A DNA stretch of 46,356 nucleotides from a virus (Duplodnaviria; Caudoviricetes). The stretch spans positions 1 to 46,356 of the IMG/VR virus record IMGVR_UViG_3300005323_000013. One strand, 5' to 3'. A program made the position numbers and the translations under genes. The notes beneath the pieces were generated by a model. It did no database searches. It was given only the letters and a program-made list of their open reading frames with translations, and was not told where the DNA came from. Shown here in pieces: positions 10,123 to 19,144 of this stretch; the stretch's first letter is position 1; each line of letters opens with the position of its first letter.

Positions 10123-11349
10123 TTATGCTATCGGGAAAACCATCAGGAGAAGGTCGGCGCTCGCGGTCAATGCCATGAGCGTGGTTCCGGTTCCCGTTCC
10201 TGATACGGCGCTGCCATAGGTCGCGGTCACGGGCGTGAGGACGAAATACTTGTACCACGATCCTGCGGTAAGCCCGGTGATGGACGCGGCGCTCGATACT
10301 GCTGACACGGTGATTGAATCAAGAATGACTGGCCCTGCGTTGGCATTGATACGCGCCCCTGATGCCTGGTAGCCGCCGCGAAGGAAGGCCGTGCCGCCAT
10401 TGAATGACAGCGTGGCCGAACTGGTGGCGAGGGCGACGAGATTCCCGGCGCTTCCTGCGGTTCTCGCAAGGAATACCTGTGTGGTGTTCGTGTTGGTCGT
10501 CGCTTCGACATCGGGATGGATGGCCGCGCAATACTGCGTCGCGGTGACTCCGGTGGAATTGACGGCTTCTTTCAGGTTGTCGAGGGACGCGGCTGCCGAT
10601 GCTCCGCAAAGCACATTCCCTTCGGTGGTGCCGATGACGCCGACGAACTTGTATACCTTTGTGCCGATGGTCACGGTGTCATCAACGCCGAGCGTTGCGC
10701 CGGTTCCGGTGCCGAGGGTGGCCGCGCTTACGGTGAGGTCGGACGCGGGGTCGGAGCTTGCGACGAGGTTGTAGGCATTGCCTACAGTTCCCGCCAGCTT
10801 CGCCTGGAATATCTGCGTGGTATCTTCGTTTGCCTCTGCCGTGACAAGCGTATGGGCCGCAGCCGCCCAATAGGTCGTCCCGCCTCCCGCCGTGCCGTTG
10901 ACTGCGCTCTTGAGGTTGTCGAGCGCGACGGCAGCCGATACGCCGATCAATACCTCGCCTTCGACGCCAGGAGTTTCGGTGAGCGCGGTTTTGAACGTGT
11001 AGACTTTGGAGGCAATCTCAATGGTGGAGTTGTTGGCAGGGCCGGTTGCGCCGACGGTGATCTTTCCAGTGGCCTTGACGTTCACGTTTGTTTCATTGCT
11101 GGTCATGGTCGCGGTAGCTTTGCCCGCCGCGCCTGCCACGGCCCCCGCTTCGTCGGCAAAGGCTTTGCCTGCGGCGGTCGTTACTTTGGGATTGTCGGTG
11201 TTGTAGCCTGCGACAAGCGAGGTGACGGCTGTTGCTACGGCCTGGTGTTGCGCATCTCTGGCTTCCCTAATCCGAGTTTCCTCGGTCTGATTGAGGGGCG
11301 GCCCCGGATGCACCGAGTCAAACGTTGGTTCGGTATAGGTGATAGCCAT
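10123..11349 (-). CDS. Ala/Thr/Gly-rich virion protein, possible head fibre or decoration protein, with internal duplication
   Basis: Located in the structural operon; two ~95-aa repeats (KVY.F...EG.VL.G.SAA..LDNLK.AVN). Confidence 0.6.
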   Translation of the reverse strand: MAITYTEPTFDSVHPGPPLNQTEETRIREARDAQHQAVATAVTSLVAGYNTDNPKVTTAAGKAFADEAGAVAGAAGKATATMTSNETNVNVKATGKITVGATGPANNSTIEIASKVYTFKTALTETPGVEGEVLIGVSAAVALDNLKSAVNGTAGGGTTYWAAAAHTLVTAEANEDTTQIFQAKLAGTVGNAYNLVASSDPASDLTVSAATLGTGTGATLGVDDTVTIGTKVYKFVGVIGTTEGNVLCGASAAASLDNLKEAVNSTGVTATQYCAAIHPDVEATTNTNTTQVFLARTAGSAGNLVALATSSATLSFNGGTAFLRGGYQASGARINANAGPVILDSITVSAVSSAASITGLTAGSWYKYFVLTPVTATYGSAVSGTGTGTTLMALTASADLLLMVFPIA

Positions 11350-11352
11350 GTG

Positions 11353-11562
11353 TTACTTCCTTGGTATTTTTCGTTTCTTGGGTGCTTCTGGCGCGGCGCT
11401 TTCCGTTGGTTCCTCGTGTGCTGGTGTTTCTATGGGGCCGTCATCGGGGAACTCGAAATGCCGCGCTATGAAGCGGTCGTTTTCGTCAACCATGTACTCC
11501 CGGCCTGCTACGTAGTAGTCCACGCCGGGAGCGCAGGTATCTTTACAGACACCTAGTTTCAT
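11353..11562 (-). CDS. Small hypothetical protein of the head operon
   Basis: 69-aa ORF tightly packed between cement and the fibre-like gene; basic C-terminus. Confidence 0.7.
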   Translation of the reverse strand: MKLGVCKDTCAPGVDYYVAGREYMVDENDRFIARHFEFPDDGPIETPAHEEPTESAAPEAPKKRKIPRK

Positions 11563-11565
11563 GGC

Positions 11566-12000
11566 TTACAGCGCATCCAGGGGGATGTGCGGGGTGAAGA
11601 ACGCGTCGAAGTCGCCCGCCGTGAAGGAGCTGGACGCGACGGCGGTGATTTTCAGGCCGAGGTAGCGCCTGTCGATCTTCTCCGGGAGCCGCACTTTCCA
11701 GACGATGGTGTTGATGGTGAGCGACGCGGTAACGATCGCGCCTGATTCCACTTCAACGGTCGTAGTGCCGAGCGAAGTTCCTGCCGCATCGGTCGCGGCG
11801 GCGGTGGAGCTCACGAGGGCGAAGGAAAGGCTATCGCCTGTCAGGAAGGCAGTACCGACGCGAACCACGAAATAGGGCGCAGACTCGTAAATCTGCGTTC
11901 CTACCGTGGAGAGGTCGATCCAGTTGGTGCCATAGTATGCGCCGGCGGAGGTGATGGAACCCTGGCCGGACGAAATCTCAAGGCTTTTATCGATGATCAT
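11566..12000 (-). CDS. Capsid cement/decoration protein, Bbp16-like
   Basis: Start is ATG 12000 (MIIDKSLEISSGQ) with an AAAGGAG RBS; RRYLGL..T...FTAG motif; follows the major capsid gene. Confidence 0.8.
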   Translation of the reverse strand: MIIDKSLEISSGQGSITSAGAYYGTNWIDLSTVGTQIYESAPYFVVRVGTAFLTGDSLSFALVSSTAAATDAAGTSLGTTTVEVESGAIVTASLTINTIVWKVRLPEKIDRRYLGLKITAVASSSFTAGDFDAFFTPHIPLDAL

Positions 12001-12020
12001 TCTGTTTCTCCTTTCACCTA

Positions 12021-13037
12021 TCAGGTGATCTCGCCGTCGGTGTTGAGGATGGCGTCGCATCTGCGGATCGGCAGGTCCATGAAGTTGAGGACGGGGCCGC
12101 CCACGGGCTTGTCCCAGGTGAGCATGTACTTGCCTGCTTCGGCAGCCTGCTTCTGGAGGTAGCAGAGCACCTTGGCGTTGCAGTAGATGACGGTCTTGCC
12201 CATGTTGATGTTGGGAATCTTGTAGTAGGCGTCCGTCATGGCTCCGAACAGATCGATAGCGGTCTTGGGCGCGGCGTCGAGGGTGGAAATGTCGATGTTG
12301 CCGACGCGCACGTTGTAGCGCCAATCCCTGACGCAGAGGCCGAGGTTCCAGCTGTAGTGCGTCCTGTAGCCCTGGTACCTGCCTGCGGGGGTTGCGGAGT
12401 CGGTAAGGGTCTGTTCGCCCAGGTCCTGATGGACGAAGCCGGAGGGCAGTCCCTTGGGGGTGATGAGGTGCGTGGTGTTCTCGCCCCAGGTCACGAACCA
12501 TATGGAGGTGGTGTCGTCACCGGAAACGGAGCCATGCGCGATGGCGGGAACGAGGTTGTAGCCGATGCTCGTTGCGGTGGAGGAGGACACAGTGCCGTAG
12601 CGGGCCTTGAAGCCGGTGAACTTCTCCTGGTCGGTGGCCTGGTTGCCGTAGAACAGCACGGCGGCCATCTCCTGATTCATCTTCTCAAGGAACGCCCGAT
12701 CTTCGGACAGCCGGAAGGCAGCCGTGTTGCCGTTGAGGTCGGCAAGCGCCTTGTCCACTTCGGCGTAGGCTTCGAGCATACCGCAGGTGTCCGTCACCTG
12801 GGCGGTCGTGGACTTCGAGGGCTGGACGCCGTAGTTGAGCAAGCGCCAGGTCGCAGAGGGCAGGCCGGTGCGGATGACGGTTTTGTGTCCGGTGGGCAGA
12901 TTGCCTTCAACGACGACCGCATCCTTGAGGATTTCGTTCGTCTGCATCTGCATCTCGATGATCTTTGCGATTTTATTGTCGGGGCCGAGTCTGGACGCGA
13001 TGTCCAGATAGGTTACTCCGGTTCCAATGGTAGCCAA
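12021..13037 (-). CDS. Major capsid protein, BPP-1 Bbp17-like, HK97 fold
   Basis: RTGLPSATWRLLNYGVQPSKSTTAQVTDTCGMLEAYAEVD, FYGN, DWRY.VR..NID and PIRRCDAILNT motifs; strong GC3 codon bias. Confidence 0.93.
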   Translation of the reverse strand: MATIGTGVTYLDIASRLGPDNKIAKIIEMQMQTNEILKDAVVVEGNLPTGHKTVIRTGLPSATWRLLNYGVQPSKSTTAQVTDTCGMLEAYAEVDKALADLNGNTAAFRLSEDRAFLEKMNQEMAAVLFYGNQATDQEKFTGFKARYGTVSSSTATSIGYNLVPAIAHGSVSGDDTTSIWFVTWGENTTHLITPKGLPSGFVHQDLGEQTLTDSATPAGRYQGYRTHYSWNLGLCVRDWRYNVRVGNIDISTLDAAPKTAIDLFGAMTDAYYKIPNINMGKTVIYCNAKVLCYLQKQAAEAGKYMLTWDKPVGGPVLNFMDLPIRRCDAILNTDGEIT

Positions 13038-13047
13038 GGTAATCTCC

Positions 13048-13830
13048 TTATTTGGCTAACTCTGGATACAGGACTTCGGCGGCACTCTTAAGAGGTCTGT
13101 CTGCACCTACGGCGTCGATCATTGGCCCTTCGCGGATTTCCTTGCCAATCGCCGCAAACATCTTGACAACGGCGGGGTCATTACCAAGGCCGGAAGCGGT
13201 GATGAGTTTCGCCACTTCGGGAGAGCCGAACCGGGTAAAGGCGCGTTCCATGTGTGCCATGTTCGCCTTGTAGTTCGCCCCCCATTCTGCCTGTAATGCC
13301 TCGCGGGTCTGGTCTGCTTTCACAGCGATCAGTTGCTCCCGACTCGTGAACGCGGCGCTCATGGCCTCGTTGTACTTGTCGAAAAGCGCGGAAGCCTGCG
13401 TATTCGTAAGCCCGGAATCGTGCGCCCAGGTGCGGAAGTTCTTTTCGAGTTCCGCTGATGCAAGTTCCTTCGGGAGCTTGCTCGTATCCAGGGTGTACTT
13501 GTCGGGTGAATCAGGCGCTCCCATCTTCTGGAAGAACGCTCTGATATCCTCTGCCGACGCATTCTCTCCGGGTGGGACTATGGCCTTGCCGAGCTTGCCC
13601 TCCAGTTCTTTGTAGCTTTTCCCGAGTTCAGATATGCTCTTGAACTTGGTGAAAGCCGCATCGCCTTGAAGTTCTTTCTCGAGCTGTGCCGTCCACTTCG
13701 GGGACGCATCGGGTTGCGCCTGCACGGGCGCACTGTCTTTCAATGCTCCGGTAAGGACTGATGTCTGTTCCGGCGCGGCCACGGCGGCCTGATTGTCCGT
13801 TGCCGGGTCAGTCGCCTGAATTTCTGCCAT
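13048..13830 (-). CDS. Capsid scaffolding/assembly protein
   Basis: KSYKELEGKLG, EWG.NY..N, GLGNDP.VVK motifs; C-terminal AAEVLYP; directly upstream of the major capsid gene. Confidence 0.85.
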   Translation of the reverse strand: MAEIQATDPATDNQAAVAAPEQTSVLTGALKDSAPVQAQPDASPKWTAQLEKELQGDAAFTKFKSISELGKSYKELEGKLGKAIVPPGENASAEDIRAFFQKMGAPDSPDKYTLDTSKLPKELASAELEKNFRTWAHDSGLTNTQASALFDKYNEAMSAAFTSREQLIAVKADQTREALQAEWGANYKANMAHMERAFTRFGSPEVAKLITASGLGNDPAVVKMFAAIGKEIREGPMIDAVGADRPLKSAAEVLYPELAK

Positions 13831-14107
13831 TCTCAATCTCCTGTCCGTCATCCCGACGGTCTATGTGTACGTTCATCATCGCCTCAACGAGTGCGAGTGA
13901 ATCACCTGATAAAACCTGTCCCGCAAGGTGCGTCGCGTAGTCGCGCAATACCCGCCCTTCGGCATCCGAATACGGCGTGAAATAGCCCAAATCCTCAAGG
14001 ATCGCGGTGAACACGATCTTGCCTTCGGGCGTCCTGAACACGGCCTGGTAAAGCCGCGCAAGCTCCTTCACGCGCTCCGGCTCAGCAAGCTGATTGATAT
14101 AGGTCAC
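13808..14107 (-). CDS. Bbp19-like small head protein
   Basis: YQAVFRTPEGKIV...LEDL motif; lies between portal and scaffold. Confidence 0.75.
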   Translation of the reverse strand: MTYINQLAEPERVKELARLYQAVFRTPEGKIVFTAILEDLGYFTPYSDAEGRVLRDYATHLAGQVLSGDSLALVEAMMNVHIDRRDDGQEIENGRNSGD

Positions 14108-14298
14108 TTGCGTTCCTCGTGCTTGAACCCTATCCGCGCCTCTACCTTGTCTGCTTTCTTGTACTCGACTTGATAGGTACCGTCACAATTTCCCGAAACG
14201 GGGACAACTTTAAGCCCTATCCTTTTTGCTGTTCTTGTGGCGCTTTTGATAACTGCTCCAATTTCAGCAAAACTATCATCGCGCGATATATCACTCAT
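14104..14298 (-). CDS. Small hypothetical protein
   Basis: 64-aa ORF whose start and stop overlap both neighbours; AT-richer than flanks. Confidence 0.65.
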   Translation of the reverse strand: MSDISRDDSFAEIGAVIKSATRTAKRIGLKVVPVSGNCDGTYQVEYKKADKVEARIGFKHEERK

Positions 14299-15956
14299 GC
14301 CTTGCCTCCGGTCACGTTATCCATCATTGAGCCGGGTACTACGGGCTGATTGAGCTTGTCGGCGTTCCCTGCCAGCATCTTCTGCTGTTCAAGCGCGACG
14401 GCCTGACCCTGTTGTGCCTTCTGTGCCTGCGCTCGTGCGGCGCGAAGCTCGTCAATCTCCGGTTTCTCGCGGATGGTTTTCTGCGGTGCGCCCGATGCGT
14501 TGGCTCCGGCGTAGGCAAGTTCATCCATGTTGAAGTTGTCAATGCTGGTAGAGCTGAACTGCGCGGCCTTGCCCTCAATCTCGACCATTGCGCTGATAAG
14601 GCCGAGCGTCGCGTTCACGCCCTGGTTCTGATTGAATCTGCGCTGTGCCTGTGCAAGCGGCCCCATGTACTCGATGTCAACGCGCCCGCCTTCCTGCGCC
14701 AAGCCTTGCGGGGGAGGCGGTATCATCATGCGGCGCTGTAGGATGGAAAATACGCGGTCAATGAGGGGGGAAAGAACCTCACTATTCATTCGTCCAATCA
14801 TCGCGCCCAATACTGCGGCTTTTTCGCTCTGGCGCTCCATGACTTCGGTCGCCGTCATCTGCCCTGTGCGCTCAAGGTTTTCCAGCATCAGGAAAAAATT
14901 GACGCTGAACTTGTTACGGATTGCGGTTTGCTTGCGCTCAAGTTCCTGGTAACCATAGGGCATATTGGAGCCAAGATTTATAGCTTCAATCTTGCCCGAT
15001 GTCTGGTTGTAATAGTTGTAGCCATTGGGAACAATACGCTCTCTGCCTTTTTGGGCTTCTGGCACATTCAGGGGTGGATTAACCGATTTCTCCCCGCCCA
15101 TAAGCAGGGTTTTTGCCATCTGATTTGCCATAAGCGCATCGGTAAGGGCATCACCTCCTGGCCCGCGTCCGTAGGTTTCATTGCTTGATTTGCGGTATCT
15201 TCCCACAAGGTACGGCATTTCGTCATAGCCGCCTTCATCAAGTTGCACCTGCTCATCAAAGTTGTAATACATGGACGCGAAAGGCTTGTCCCTGCGTCCC
15301 ATGCCTTCCGTACCTCGCGGAAGCACGGAATGAAGCACAGTAACGCGCTGATATGGGTTATTTTCGTATATGGTTTTCCATGAAGTGGAAATGGTATCTT
15401 TGCCAAATTGCTGTACCATGGTGCGAATGGGCACTTTGAATTTTCTAAAAACCGTGTCTACTTTGCCATATCTGTTTTCGGCAATGTATATCTCTTTTAA
15501 GTGCCTGCATGAGAATATTGTCTTTTCTTCTTCCTCGTTATCTTCAACAAATAAGCAACCAGTACCAAATCCTGAATAATCAACAAGGAACTGATTATAT
15601 TCACCATAAAAATCTGACCGATTGAACTCTGAATAGATGGGGTTTTCTACTTCCTCAAGCCAGTCTGCGGCGTATGGTGATCTGGTTTTTTGATCATCAG
15701 CCATCTTGAGCTTGAAGAATTTGAACGAAGGTGATACGGAGTAACCCATAACTCCGTCGGCATGTATCTGTAAACTTTCCTGTGCGGTAGCGTCAAACAG
15801 CTTAGTTTCGGGTTGTTTCCCGCCCGAATCCTCATCGTCCCAAAATGAACGGCGGGGAAGTATCACCTTGCTTATGTCTTTCCAATACGGCTCCCATTTT
15901 TGCCTATCCTCTTTCATGAAGCCAAAGCGTTCAAAAATGTCGCGGGTATCCAACAT
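14295..15956 (-). CDS. Portal (head-to-tail connector) protein
   Basis: FGTGCLF, ETYGRGPG..AL.D, MTATEV.ER..EK...LG, IEY.GPLAQAQ motifs of podoviral portals. Confidence 0.93.
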   Translation of the reverse strand: MLDTRDIFERFGFMKEDRQKWEPYWKDISKVILPRRSFWDDEDSGGKQPETKLFDATAQESLQIHADGVMGYSVSPSFKFFKLKMADDQKTRSPYAADWLEEVENPIYSEFNRSDFYGEYNQFLVDYSGFGTGCLFVEDNEEEEKTIFSCRHLKEIYIAENRYGKVDTVFRKFKVPIRTMVQQFGKDTISTSWKTIYENNPYQRVTVLHSVLPRGTEGMGRRDKPFASMYYNFDEQVQLDEGGYDEMPYLVGRYRKSSNETYGRGPGGDALTDALMANQMAKTLLMGGEKSVNPPLNVPEAQKGRERIVPNGYNYYNQTSGKIEAINLGSNMPYGYQELERKQTAIRNKFSVNFFLMLENLERTGQMTATEVMERQSEKAAVLGAMIGRMNSEVLSPLIDRVFSILQRRMMIPPPPQGLAQEGGRVDIEYMGPLAQAQRRFNQNQGVNATLGLISAMVEIEGKAAQFSSTSIDNFNMDELAYAGANASGAPQKTIREKPEIDELRAARAQAQKAQQGQAVALEQQKMLAGNADKLNQPVVPGSMMDNVTGGKA

Positions 15957-16225
15957 TACTTGCGCCTCGGGTACATCACATCCTCAATCGGGGTAGTGGT
16001 GTCGCCAGAGGTGAGGACGGTGTCCTGCTCGGCAAGGATCGAGCGAACCGTTCCCGCCGCCGCGCCGTCCTGGTTCATCTTCACAATGGCGTCGTCGTCG
16101 TTCCGTGCGCCTATGGCCTTTCGCGCCTTGCTTTTCATCGCGGGCGCTGCCGATAGGTACAGGTCGATTACCGAAGAATCCTGCGCGGGGTCTGCGGTGG
16201 CTGGTTCGGTCGCTTTGATCTCCAT
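15956..16225 (-). CDS. Small protein upstream of portal
   Basis: 89-aa ORF with GAGG RBS; its stop overlaps the portal start. Confidence 0.7.
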   Translation of the reverse strand: MEIKATEPATADPAQDSSVIDLYLSAAPAMKSKARKAIGARNDDDAIVKMNQDGAAAGTVRSILAEQDTVLTSGDTTTPIEDVMYPRRK

Positions 16226-16292
16226 GCTGTCCTCTGTTCGTCGTCACGACGATCTACCGTGGTCCGACCACCTCGCGGCGGTCTTGTGGCCC

Positions 16293-16311
16293 TATATATA
16301 TTACTTAGTCA
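16293..16311 (-). promoter_or_regulatory. Candidate phage late promoter, TGACTAAGTAATATATATA
   Basis: One of three copies of the motif; intergenic, upstream of the portal/head operon. Confidence 0.65.
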
Positions 16312-16312
16312 C

Positions 16313-17842
16313 CTACCTTAGCCCACTCCATAAAATATCGTATGTTTCTTCGCGGGGTGCGTTTATCTTGAATACGTCGATAGGATCGCCTTGCGGGAAG
16401 GTCGCGCCTAGTGTGTCGTCCATGATGCGGGAAAGTGCATCGAGCATATCGTCATGCTCGGAGTATGGGAACGCAAGGAACTCGTCATTGACGAATACCT
16501 GCGACAGATCCACCACTTTGCGGTCGTACTGCTCGTAGGGCATCGCTTCAGGGATGTAGACTCGCCCCTCACTCAATGCCGGGACAAGGCGCTTGATGCG
16601 GTCGTTCTTGGGCATGGTTCCCGCAAGCGGGGTGATGGAAAAGCGGTAGTTCTGCCTATCCATGCGCTCCATCATGTACTGGATATCGGCCTGCATACCG
16701 TACTTCTCATAGCCCACGGCGACAGGCTTGTACTCCTGGTGGAGCTTGAATAGCACATTGGCGCGTTCCTGTAGATTCAGGCGGTCGCGCACGATGCGGG
16801 TGACATAGTAGTTTTTATCGCTTCCCATGCCGACGACGATAAACACGCTGTAGTCGCTTCCCTCTTTCTTCTCGCTGGCAGGATCAACGAGGATGTAGAA
16901 GTTCAACCCTGTCATGCGGTCGGCCTTCCAGTAGCGCAACCATTCGCGCAAGAGCGATTGATTGCCCTCGGCTACCGGATTCAGGAATAGCTGGCAGGAG
17001 GAGATGTACGGCCCCATGGCTCTGACCTTCTGCGCAAGCTGCTCGCGTGTCCATATCCACGGCTCGCCCAGCAGGGTGCCGTCCTTCGTCGCGGGATAGA
17101 TGCGCGGCTTGAATGTACCGTCTTTTATTGCCCGCAAGTGTATGTCGTTGTAGGTGTAGATCGTCCCCACCATTGACTGCTTGCCAATTCCCGTAATGCC
17201 CAGGTTGTAGCTCATCTTGAGCGCGTCTTCACACTTCTGCAATCCATCGGGCGTCCGCACGGTTTCAATGGTTTCCACATCATCATAGCGCCGGTACTTG
17301 AAGTGCATACCTGTGGGCTGGCCGTCCGTTAGCCCTGAACACATGGCAGTAGGCTCTTTTGGGTTATATCTGCGCTTGCATACAATCCCCTCGTCCTGCG
17401 TCCATTTCGATGATTCCTTGCGCGGGTCTTGGTAGAGTATGTCGGAAAATAGCTCTTTCAGGTGTTCATTGCTTTCAAGTTCGTGCGTTACCGGCCCCAT
17501 GAGCTTTTTAGCATTCGGCTTCGTAAACGAGAATAGGCAGGTTGTCCCTTCGGGGTCGTTGAGAATATCCCCGATCATGCCGTTCTGCGTAATGACGGTA
17601 CTCTTGAACCCTTCGCGGAACCATAGATCGGCGTATCCCCATGGCTCGCGCTGTACCTCACGCGTCCTGTCGTATACCCAATCGTTGTCCACAATCTCGC
17701 GGGGTACGATGGACAGCACATACACAAGCCGGAAGAACGGATCGCTCTTGCACAGCTTCCGCGCCATGTCGCGCTTCGTACCGTCCTTCTCGGCCTGCGC
17801 CAAAATGCGGCGGTAGCCTGCGTGGGCTTCGAGGCGGGTCAA
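16313..17842 (-). CDS. terL: Terminase large subunit
   Basis: Walker A-like FREGFKST, Walker B-like RYDDVE, nuclease motifs VDPA...SDYS and HDDMLDALS. Confidence 0.93.
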   Translation of the reverse strand: MTRLEAHAGYRRILAQAEKDGTKRDMARKLCKSDPFFRLVYVLSIVPREIVDNDWVYDRTREVQREPWGYADLWFREGFKSTVITQNGMIGDILNDPEGTTCLFSFTKPNAKKLMGPVTHELESNEHLKELFSDILYQDPRKESSKWTQDEGIVCKRRYNPKEPTAMCSGLTDGQPTGMHFKYRRYDDVETIETVRTPDGLQKCEDALKMSYNLGITGIGKQSMVGTIYTYNDIHLRAIKDGTFKPRIYPATKDGTLLGEPWIWTREQLAQKVRAMGPYISSCQLFLNPVAEGNQSLLREWLRYWKADRMTGLNFYILVDPASEKKEGSDYSVFIVVGMGSDKNYYVTRIVRDRLNLQERANVLFKLHQEYKPVAVGYEKYGMQADIQYMMERMDRQNYRFSITPLAGTMPKNDRIKRLVPALSEGRVYIPEAMPYEQYDRKVVDLSQVFVNDEFLAFPYSEHDDMLDALSRIMDDTLGATFPQGDPIDVFKINAPREETYDILWSGLR

Positions 17843-18003
17843 TGCGTTTTGCCCCAGAACAGTTCAAGCGGCGTAGGGCAGATGCGCTTCCTGAGCATTT
17901 CTATTGCTGTTGTGGGGGCGTGGAATACCAGAAAGTCCCGCCGTGCGTTCACGCGACGGCATATTTCAGCGAACAGAACGCGGAATGTTTCAAGTTCGGT
18001 CAT
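17839..18003 (-). CDS. Small hypothetical protein (54 aa, MTELETFRVLFAEIC...)
   Basis: Manual translation; GAGG RBS; its stop overlaps the TTG start of terL. Confidence 0.55.
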   Translation of the reverse strand: MTELETFRVLFAEICRRVNARRDFLVFHAPTTAIEMLRKRICPTPLELFWGKTH

Positions 18004-18211
18004 GCTGTGCCTCGTTTAGCTTTGTGCCATACTTAAATGCCTCTTCAAGATCCCCTTCGGTTAAATCAACCAACACTGGCGGGAGCATCGTATACTTCAC
18101 TTTGTATGCCTTGTGTTTATTGGGGTTAACCTTGACGGGTATGCAGGCATCGCTCCAAACAATGCGATAAATTTCTCCTGTTGCGTTTGTTACTAAGGAT
18201 TCCCTGCTCAT
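17990..18211 (-). CDS. Small hypothetical protein
   Basis: ATG (MSRESLVT) overlaps the terS stop; AT-richer than neighbours. Confidence 0.55.
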   Translation of the reverse strand: MSRESLVTNATGEIYRIVWSDACIPVKVNPNKHKAYKVKYTMLPPVLVDLTEGDLEEAFKYGTKLNEAQHDRT

Positions 18212-18633
18212 GCAATTATCTCCTGTAGCCACGCTTCCAGCTCGTCGCTGATCTCTTTGTGCTTCTGCGCTTCTATTTCCTTCTGCGCTATGGCAATCTT
18301 GATCAGGCTGTCCATAACGCCGCGTAGTTCCCTGCTCATTGCCGCAATAGCGATGATGTTGCCTGACTCAACCGCCGTGCCTAGTGCGCTGCCGAGCGTA
18401 GTCTTTAGGTCGTACAGCTCGTCAACGATGTCGGCGGCCTTCGATTGCTTGGCCTGGATGACGGCGGGGGCCAAGGTCGCTACTTCGGAAACCATGTGCG
18501 GTTTATGCCTGTTCACCGCCTGATACTTTGTTCCAAACTGTTCCGCGATGTTCCGTAACGAATCGCCAGCCCGTATCGCCTGCTCAATTGCGTCGCGCTT
18601 GGGGTGTTTGCAGATTGAACAGGTTTGCGGCAT
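18208..18633 (-). CDS. Probable terminase small subunit (CxxC plus HTH)
   Basis: CSICKHP...SLRNIAEQFGTKYQAVNRHK HTH followed by helical region; upstream of terL. Confidence 0.75.
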   Translation of the reverse strand: MPQTCSICKHPKRDAIEQAIRAGDSLRNIAEQFGTKYQAVNRHKPHMVSEVATLAPAVIQAKQSKAADIVDELYDLKTTLGSALGTAVESGNIIAIAAMSRELRGVMDSLIKIAIAQKEIEAQKHKEISDELEAWLQEIIA

Positions 18634-18651
18634 ATATATATAACTTAGTCA
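18634..18651 (-). promoter_or_regulatory. Candidate phage late promoter, TGACTAAGTTATATATAT, abutting the terS ATG
   Basis: Second copy of the motif; no Shine-Dalgarno between it and ATG 18633. Confidence 0.65.
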
Positions 18652-18655
18652 GTAG

Positions 18656-19036
18656 CTATTCGCACTCGTCGGGGTCGCAGTCGCCCTTGATGAATGTTTC
18701 AATCTCGTGCCGTTCCGCGCCGATAGCCTGGCTGTATAGCACCTCCTCCTTGAGCTTGGCATAGCGGAACTTCCTACTTCGTAGCCGGTTGCTCGTCGCG
18801 TAGTAGATCACGCCGCCTATGCGCTGGATTGGTTCCCTGCGGTCTAGCCGCGCCATAAGGACAAGTACCGAGTCTGTGATAAGGTCGTCGCGCTCTTGGC
18901 ATGGCACTACGGCCCCTGTCTTGTGCAATAGATGGCTTAGCGTACAAGCAACCTCCGAGCTTATCGCCAGCCATAGAGCGTCCCTGCACTCCGATCCCCT
19001 GCAATACGCATCATAAAGCGATTGTGCTGTGACCAC
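18656..19036 (-). CDS. Sigma-70 region 2-like transcription factor (126 aa), candidate late-gene activator
   Basis: GTG 19036 with AGGGGGA RBS. ERDDLITDSVLVL...GVIYYATSNRLRS resembles the ECF sigma region 2.2-2.4 pattern. No region-4 HTH. Last gene before the packaging module. Confidence 0.55.
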   Translation of the reverse strand: MVTAQSLYDAYCRGSECRDALWLAISSEVACTLSHLLHKTGAVVPCQERDDLITDSVLVLMARLDRREPIQRIGGVIYYATSNRLRSRKFRYAKLKEEVLYSQAIGAERHEIETFIKGDCDPDECE

Positions 19037-19069
19037 GCATCCCCCTGCGCCAGGATGATGTGCGGGCAT

Positions 19070-19116
19070 AAAAAAGCCGCCCGTACCCGTCGATTCTCTC
19101 GACCGTGGTAGGACGG
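19070..19116 (-). terminator. Terminator/attenuator-like hairpin plus U6 tract in the leader of the sigma-like gene
   Basis: CCGTCCTACC...GGTACGGGCGG followed by CTTTTTT on the minus strand. Confidence 0.6.
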
Positions 19117-19144
19117 TTTGCCGTGCGTGTGGCACGTTGGGATT

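Noticed and set aside
12001-12501. Cement-gene frame open ~500 nt back into the capsid gene, suggesting a T7 10A/10B-type -1 frameshift fusion
   Set aside because: I saw no X XXY YYZ slippery site. The extension is R/P/G-rich shadow sequence expected from high GC3, and the cement gene has its own RBS and ATG at 12000.
329-13615. Long plus-strand ORFs (e.g. 329..931, 4901..5608, 10516..11556, 12357..13091)
   Set aside because: Antisense shadows of well-supported minus-strand genes, with no motifs or RBS.
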